64,000 bases of DNA. It comes from Mobula hypostoma (Eukaryota). The notes beneath the pieces were generated by a model. It saw only the letters and a list, made by a program, of their open reading frames with translations, did no database searches and was not told the origin of the DNA. Every line of letters begins with the position of its first letter. The stretch's first letter is position 1. The stretch spans positions 152,832,001-152,896,000 of the forward strand of contig NC_086097.1 in NCBI RefSeq assembly GCF_963921235.1. Reading direction: 5' to 3'. Below, in pieces: positions 63,691 to 64,000 of this stretch. The position numbers and the translations under genes were made by a program.

Positions 63691-64000
63691 GGTCTAAAAT
63701 ACATACCAGAGGAAAATGCGTGGAAGTGGATGATTCTCATCAACAGTCACTGAACTCCAAAAAACATACATAATTCTTGTGCACTCCAGTATATTTAAGC
63801 TGCAATCTGTAAGTCATGTATTTATCGCCTGATCTTACGGTACCTGAAATTTCAACACCATCCGGTTTAAAAAAAATATTAAGTTGGATTTTAGTATGAA
63901 CCTGTGGAATAATAACTTAAATGACCAGTAACAATTGGACACCAGGACCAACTTTAATTTCTACTGAAGTTAAAATGAAGGAAGTTTTATATAAAATTTA

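Overview
Repeat-dense, AT-rich eukaryotic DNA with no confidently recognisable host gene. It is intergenic or deep intronic. The repeat mix (CR1 LINEs with SGNH-esterase ORF1, V-SINE/HE1-like SINEs, Rex/Babar LINEs with (AATCT)n tails, Penelope-like elements) suggests a cartilaginous fish, probably a ray; that assignment is inference. Main elements: a near full-length CR1 (37775-41806), a Gypsy element with 94-bp LTRs and no RT (31082-35003), a BEL/Pao element (42134-48839) interrupted by a Penelope-like GIY-YIG insert, an L1 with a twin-priming 5' inversion (54379-57589), a solo LTR carrying a 32-bp minisatellite (62281-63690) and nested hAT MITEs. The most unusual structure is a ~4.4-kb inverted duplication: 26658-31081 is the reverse complement of 50226-57937 minus a later L1 insert. 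It sits exactly between a truncated and a complete copy of the Gypsy 5' LTR, inside the element's apparent target-site duplication (TSD). Several Penelope-derived short elements carry minimal hammerhead ribozyme cores, one as a double-hammerhead palindrome with a 14-bp TSD. All alignments and counts were made by eye, and boundaries of old repeats are approximate.
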